A DNA stretch of 40,906 nucleotides from an uncultured bacterium (GTDB taxonomy: Bacteria; Actinomycetota; Coriobacteriia; Coriobacteriales; Coriobacteriaceae), in the NCBI GenBank assembly GCA_905215865.1, contig CAJMRJ010000001.1, forward strand, positions 1 through 40,906. The letters are read 5' to 3'. The position numbers and the translations under genes were made by a program. Below the pieces are notes generated by a model. It was not told the DNA's origin, searched no databases, and saw only the letters and a program-made list of their open reading frames with translations. Every line of letters starts with the position of its first letter. Position 1 is the stretch's first letter. Shown in pieces: positions 36,366 to 40,906 of this stretch.

Positions 36366-37274
36366 ATGAAGGCAATCATCCCCGCCGCCGGTCTTGGCAC
36401 GCGTTTTCTGCCTGGCACTAAGTGCACGCCCAAAGAGATGCTGCCGGTGCTCGACAAGCCGGTCATTCAGTATGTCGTCGAGGAGGCGCTCGACCCCGAG
36501 GAGGTCGACGACGCCATCATCGTTACCTCGCCCGGTAAGCCCGAGCTGCTGAGCTACTTCCAGCCCGATCGTTCGCTCGAGAACCTGCTGCGCGAGCGCG
36601 GTAAGGACGCCTACGCCGACGCCGTCGCCCATGCGGGCGGTATGCCGGTCGACTTCCGTTATCAGTACGAGCCCAAGGGCCTCGGTCACGCCATTCGCTC
36701 TGCTGCCGACGCCGTGGCAGGGGAGAACTTCCTGGTTCTTCTGGGCGACTACGTTGTGCCTAACCGCGACATCTGCGACAAGATGCTCGCCGTTTCCAAG
36801 GAGCACGGTGGCGCTTCGGTTATCGCCGTCGCTGCTTGCTCGCCCGAGGAAGTCAGCCGCTACGGCGTTATCGCCGGCGATCGCGTGGGTTCTCTCGAGG
36901 GCTTCGAGAATGCCGCTGACGACGAGCCCGGTGCCGTTTGGCGCATCGGCGGCCTGGTTGAGAAGCCCGCTCCCGAGGCGGCTCCGTCCAACCTGTACAT
37001 CGTCGGTCGCTACCTGCTGAGCCCGCTGGTCATGGACCTGCTGGCCGATCAGCAGGCCGGCAAGGGCGGTGAGATCCAGCTCACCGATGCTATGGCCCGT
37101 TCGCTCGACCGCGAGGCCATGTACGCTGTCGTCATCGACCCGCTCTCGGGCTACGACACCGGCACCCCGTCTGGCTGGATGGCCACCAACGCCCTCATGG
37201 CCGCAAGCGATCCTCGCTTTGCCAGCGCCTTCTGGGACGCCATCGACGAGCGCGGCGGCTTGATGCGCAAATAA
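36366..37274 (+). CDS. galU: UTP--glucose-1-phosphate uridylyltransferase
   Basis: KAIIPAAGLGTRFLP.TK..PKEMLP, GLGHA, LLGD, LVEKP, VGRY and GEIQLTDA. Confidence 0.9.
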   Translation: MKAIIPAAGLGTRFLPGTKCTPKEMLPVLDKPVIQYVVEEALDPEEVDDAIIVTSPGKPELLSYFQPDRSLENLLRERGKDAYADAVAHAGGMPVDFRYQYEPKGLGHAIRSAADAVAGENFLVLLGDYVVPNRDICDKMLAVSKEHGGASVIAVAACSPEEVSRYGVIAGDRVGSLEGFENAADDEPGAVWRIGGLVEKPAPEAAPSNLYIVGRYLLSPLVMDLLADQQAGKGGEIQLTDAMARSLDREAMYAVVIDPLSGYDTGTPSGWMATNALMAASDPRFASAFWDAIDERGGLMRK

Positions 37275-37294
37275 GCCTTCGGGCATCGACATTT

Positions 37295-37327
37295 ACGGGT
37301 GCGGACTTCGGTCTGCACCCGTTTTTT
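37295..37327 (+). terminator. Intrinsic terminator of galU
   Basis: ACGGGTGCGGAC-TTCG-GTCTGCACCCGT followed by a T run. Confidence 0.88.
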
Positions 37328-37349
37328 ATGCGCGCCACGGCTTGGCTCC

Positions 37350-37519
37350 GGAAAGTGCGTCCCACAATTTGACTGAATTCTGGGATGCGCTTTCCGGTTG
37401 GGGCCCCTAGCGGAAAGTGCGACCCGGAATATCGGCTCAGAACGGGATGCAGTTTCCCAGACAGGGCTCAACCGGAAGCTGAGACCCAGTTTGAGACCTC
37501 AAAACGGGACGCAGTTTCC
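37350..37519. repeat. 62-bp-period inverted-motif array C3 (3 units)
   Basis: Forward motifs at 37350, 37412 and 37474; inverted motifs at 37382, 37444 and 37506. Confidence 0.92.
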
Positions 37520-37782
37520 GCATGATTAACCCTCGCCGCCATTCCGCCGTTCAGCGTCCCGCATCAGCAGCCCTGTTCACAGAAAATATATGAACAGATG
37601 TTCGATGCACACCTATCTACCTGCATCTTTTCTGTCGAAAAACTTTGCTACTCCAAAAACTCAATCGCGTCAAGGCTTTTCTTGCCCAACGGTCGGTACC
37701 TGATAAACTATTAGGTTGCGATAACTGGCGAAGCTATGCCTCGCCAACCCACCGAGCATTTCCGTGAAGGAGGAAAAACCTG

Positions 37783-40700
37783 GTGACCTACGCATACACT
37801 GCCACTGAGCGCAAGCGCGTCAGCTTCGGGAAAATCCCGGAGGCCATGGAGCTCCCCAACCTTATCTCTGTTCAAAGGGAATCCTTTGAGCGTTTTAAGG
37901 ACGAGGGCCTTCGTGAGGCGTTCAAGGAATCCAGCCCCATCCAGAGCCAGAACCATGTTCTCGAGGTTACCTTCGGCGAGCATCAGTTCGGCGACCCCGC
38001 GCACACCGTCGAGGAGTGCCGCGAGAAGGATATGACCTATCAGGCTCCGCTTCTGACCGACGTCCGTCTCACCAACAAGGAGACCGGCGAGATCAAGGAG
38101 CAGCTCGTCTTTATGGGCGACTTCCCCATGATGACCGATCAGGGCACCTTCATCATCAACGGTACCGAGCGTATCGTCGTCTCGCAGCTCGTCCGCTCCC
38201 CGGGCGTGTACTACAGCTCCGAGATGGATTCGGGCAAGCAGATCTACAAGGCCCAGATCATCCCGTCCCGCGGTGCCTGGCTTGAGTTTGAGGTCGACAA
38301 GCGCGACCAGCTCATGGTCTCCATCGACCGCAAGCGTAAGCAGAGCGCCACGATGTTCCTGCGCGCCCTTGGCATCGCCGTCACCAACGACGACATTATC
38401 GAGCTACTCGGCAACTCCGATGTGATCAAGCGCACCCTGGAGCGCGACACCGCCCTCACTCGCGAGGACGCCCTCATCGAGATCTACCGTCGCCTGCGAC
38501 CGGGCGAGCCTCCCACCGTGGATGCTTCCCGCAGCCTGCTCGAGGGCCTGCTCTTCAACCCGCAGCGCTACGATCTGGCCCGCGTCGGTCGTTACAAGGT
38601 CAACAAGAAGCTCAACCTCACCACCGAGGAAGAGGTCACGGTGCTCACCGACGAGGATATCGTCGCGACGCTGCGCTACCTCCTGTCCCTCGCTGCTGGC
38701 GAGCAGGGCTTCAAGGTCGACGATATCGACCACTTCGGCAACCGCCGCATCCGTACCGTCGGCGAGCTCGTCGCCAACCAGTTCCGTATCGGCATGAGCC
38801 GTATGGAGCGCGTCGTCCGTGAGCGCATGAGCTCCCAGGACATCGACGAGATCACCCCGCAGTCGCTCATCAACATCCGCCCGATCGTGGCCTCCATCAA
38901 GGAGTTCTTCGGTTCCTCGCAGCTCTCGCAGTTCATGGACCAGGCGAACCCCCTGACCGGTCTGACCCACAAGCGCCGTCTGTCCGCACTCGGCCCTGGT
39001 GGTCTTGCCGGCCACAAGTCCGGCTCCAGCCGCCGTACCAACGTGCCGACGGCCGTCCGCGACGTTCACAATTCGCACTACAGCCGCATGTGCCCGATCG
39101 AGACCCCTGAAGGCCCCAACATCGGCCTGATCGGCTCGCTCGCCCTCTACGCCCGCGTCAACGAGTACGGCTTCATCGAGGCCCCGTTCCGTCGCGTCGA
39201 GAACGGCGTTGCCACCGATCAGATCGACTGGATGACCGCTGACGAGGAAGAGAAGCACGTCATCGCGCCGGCCAACACGCCGCTCGATCCCAAGACCAAC
39301 GAGTTCATCACGACCGATGCCGAGGGCAAGATCGTCCGTCCGCACACCGTGATCGCCCGTACCCGCGACTTCGACGGCTCCTTCGGCGCTCCCGCCGACG
39401 TGCCCGTCGAGGACGTCGACTACATGGACGTCTCGCCGCGTCAGATGCTCTCCGTCGCAGCCACGCTGATCCCGTTCCTGGAGCACGACGACGCCAAGCG
39501 TACGCTGATGGGCGCTAACATGCAGCGTCAGGCCGTGCCGCTGGTTCACCCTGCCGCTCCCTATGTCGGTACCGGCATGGAGCGTCGCGCCGCTCTGGAC
39601 TCCGGCGAGGTCACCCTGGCCAAGAACGCCGGCGAGGTCATCTTTGCCGACGCCGCCAAGATCATCGTCAAGCATGCCGGCGGCATGGACGAGTATCACC
39701 TGGCCAAGTACCAGCGCTCCAACCAGTCCACCTGCATCAACCACCGTCCGCTCGTGCGCGTCGGTGACACCGTTGAGCAGGGCGAGCCTCTGGCCGACGG
39801 TCCTTCGACCGATCACGGCGAGCTCGCACTGGGCCAGAACCTCACCGTGGCCTATATGCCGTGGGAAGGCTTTAACTACGAGGACGGTATCGTCGTGTCC
39901 GAGCGCCTGGTGGCCGAGGACCTGCTGACGACCATCAACATCACCCGTCACGAGATCGACGCCCGCGACACCAAGCTCGGCCCCGAGGAGATCACCCGCG
40001 AGATCCCGAACCTCTCCGAGGACATGCTTGCCAACCTCGACGAGGACGGCATCATCCGCATCGGCGCCGAGGTCGGCCCTGGCGACATCCTGGTCGGCAA
40101 GGTCACGCCTAAGGGCGAGAGCGCTCTGACTGCCGAGGAGCGCCTGCTGCGCGCCATCTTCGGTGCCAAGGCCCACGACGTCCGCGACACCTCCCTTAAG
40201 ATGCCTCACGGCGCTTATGGCCGCGTCATCGACGTCGTCCGCTTTAGCCGCGAGAACGGCGACGACCTGGCTCCCGGCGTCAACGAGCAGGTGCGCGTCT
40301 ACGTCGCCCAGCGTCGTAAGATTCAGCAGGGCGATAAGATCGCCGGCCGCCACGGCAACAAGGGTGTTATTTGTAACGTTCTGCCGGTCGAGGACATGCC
40401 CTACATGGCTGACGGTACCCCGATCGACGTTATCCTCAACCCGCTGGGCGTTCCTTCGCGTATGAACGTCGGCCAGCTGCTCGAGTGCCACCTTGGCTGG
40501 GCTGCTGCCTGCGGTTGGGATACCGAGCAGGCCGACTCCGACAAGTACGTCCCCGGTCCGTTCTTCACCGCGACGCCCGTCTTCGACGGCGCCAAGGAGG
40601 ACGAGATCGCCGAGGTCATCCGTCGCGCCAACAAGAACATGCTCAACAAGGCCACCGCTGCCTTTGGCGATCACATGCGCCCCGAGTTCGTCACCCAGCT

Positions 40701-40906
40701 TGACGAGCGCGGCAAGACCCGCCTGTTCGACGGCCGCACCGGCGAGGAGTTCCGCGAGCCCATTACCGTGGGTACGTCCTACATCCTCAAGCTCGGCCAC
40801 ATGGTCGACGACAAGATCCACGCTCGTTCGACCGGCCCTTACAGCCTGGTTACCCAGCAGCCTCTGGGCGGCAAGGCCCAGTTCGGCGGCCAGCGCTTCG
40901 GCGAGA
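37783..40906 (+). CDS. rpoB: RNA polymerase beta subunit, 5' part (runs off the right edge)
   Basis: Read from GTG 37783 behind AAGGAGG: ...[65 protein letters not shown] and [36 protein letters not shown]. Confidence 0.98.
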   Translation, partial: MTYAYTATERKRVSFGKIPEAMELPNLISVQRESFERFKDEGLREAFKESSPIQSQNHVLEVTFGEHQFGDPAHTVEECREKDMTYQAPLLTDVRLTNKETGEIKEQLVFMGDFPMMTDQGTFIINGTERIVVSQLVRSPGVYYSSEMDSGKQIYKAQIIPSRGAWLEFEVDKRDQLMVSIDRKRKQSATMFLRALGIAVTNDDIIELLGNSDVIKRTLERDTALTREDALIEIYRRLRPGEPPTVDASRSLLEGLLFNPQRYDLARVGRYKVNKKLNLTTEEEVTVLTDEDIVATLRYLLSLAAGEQGFKVDDIDHFGNRRIRTVGELVANQFRIGMSRMERVVRERMSSQDIDEITPQSLINIRPIVASIKEFFGSSQLSQFMDQANPLTGLTHKRRLSALGPGGLAGHKSGSSRRTNVPTAVRDVHNSHYSRMCPIETPEGPNIGLIGSLALYARVNEYGFIEAPFRRVENGVATDQIDWMTADEEEKHVIAPANTPLDPKTNEFITTDAEGKIVRPHTVIARTRDFDGSFGAPADVPVEDVDYMDVSPRQMLSVAATLIPFLEHDDAKRTLMGANMQRQAVPLVHPAAPYVGTGMERRAALDSGEVTLAKNAGEVIFADAAKIIVKHAGGMDEYHLAKYQRSNQSTCINHRPLVRVGDTVEQGEPLADGPSTDHGELALGQNLTVAYMPWEGFNYEDGIVVSERLVAEDLLTTINITRHEIDARDTKLGPEEITREIPNLSEDMLANLDEDGIIRIGAEVGPGDILVGKVTPKGESALTAEERLLRAIFGAKAHDVRDTSLKMPHGAYGRVIDVVRFSRENGDDLAPGVNEQVRVYVAQRRKIQQGDKIAGRHGNKGVICNVLPVEDMPYMADGTPIDVILNPLGVPSRMNVGQLLECHLGWAAACGWDTEQADSDKYVPGPFFTATPVFDGAKEDEIAEVIRRANKNMLNKATAAFGDHMRPEFVTQLDERGKTRLFDGRTGEEFREPITVGTSYILKLGHMVDDKIHARSTGPYSLVTQQPLGGKAQFGGQRFGE

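Noticed and set aside
38404..40821. 805-aa minus-strand ORF
   Set aside because: Antisense shadow of rpoB caused by high-GC codon bias; no recognisable motifs.

Overview
High-GC bacterial chromosome window. Gene content and codon style suggest a gut Coriobacteriia (Collinsella-like); this is an inference. It runs from the 5' part of polA (minus strand) to the 5' part of rpoB. Housekeeping and metabolic genes: M18 aminopeptidase, yaaA, TPP-riboswitch-thiC and thiD, mscS, a wall-anchored 5'-nucleotidase, an amino-acid-type ABC transporter, a WYL-like regulator, asnS, an OatA-like O-acyltransferase, PTS EIIA, a feoA-feoB fusion, an MFS transporter, a GH13 hydrolase, a deoxyinosine glycosylase, an aminotransferase, L10 leader-rplJ-rplL and galU. 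No transposase, integrase, cas gene, tRNA or rRNA was seen. Six things stand out. (1) Three intergenic arrays have a strict 62-bp period, built from alternating inverted 14-bp motifs; two of them bracket a GntR / dimethylarginine dimethylaminohydrolase / frameshifted ArcD-like antiporter cassette. (2) At least three further families of extragenic palindromes occur, one with fixed length and compensatory base changes. (3) The 3' end of the aminotransferase has a sharp strand-asymmetric synonymous skew (fewer G/T, more A/C) next to a ~220-bp palindrome that overlaps the rplJ promoter. (4) A signal-less ParB/Srx-like + BMP fusion is translationally coupled to a metallophosphoesterase. (5) RpoB fork loop 2 is 8 residues longer than usual. 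(6) Several candidate operator sites are present.
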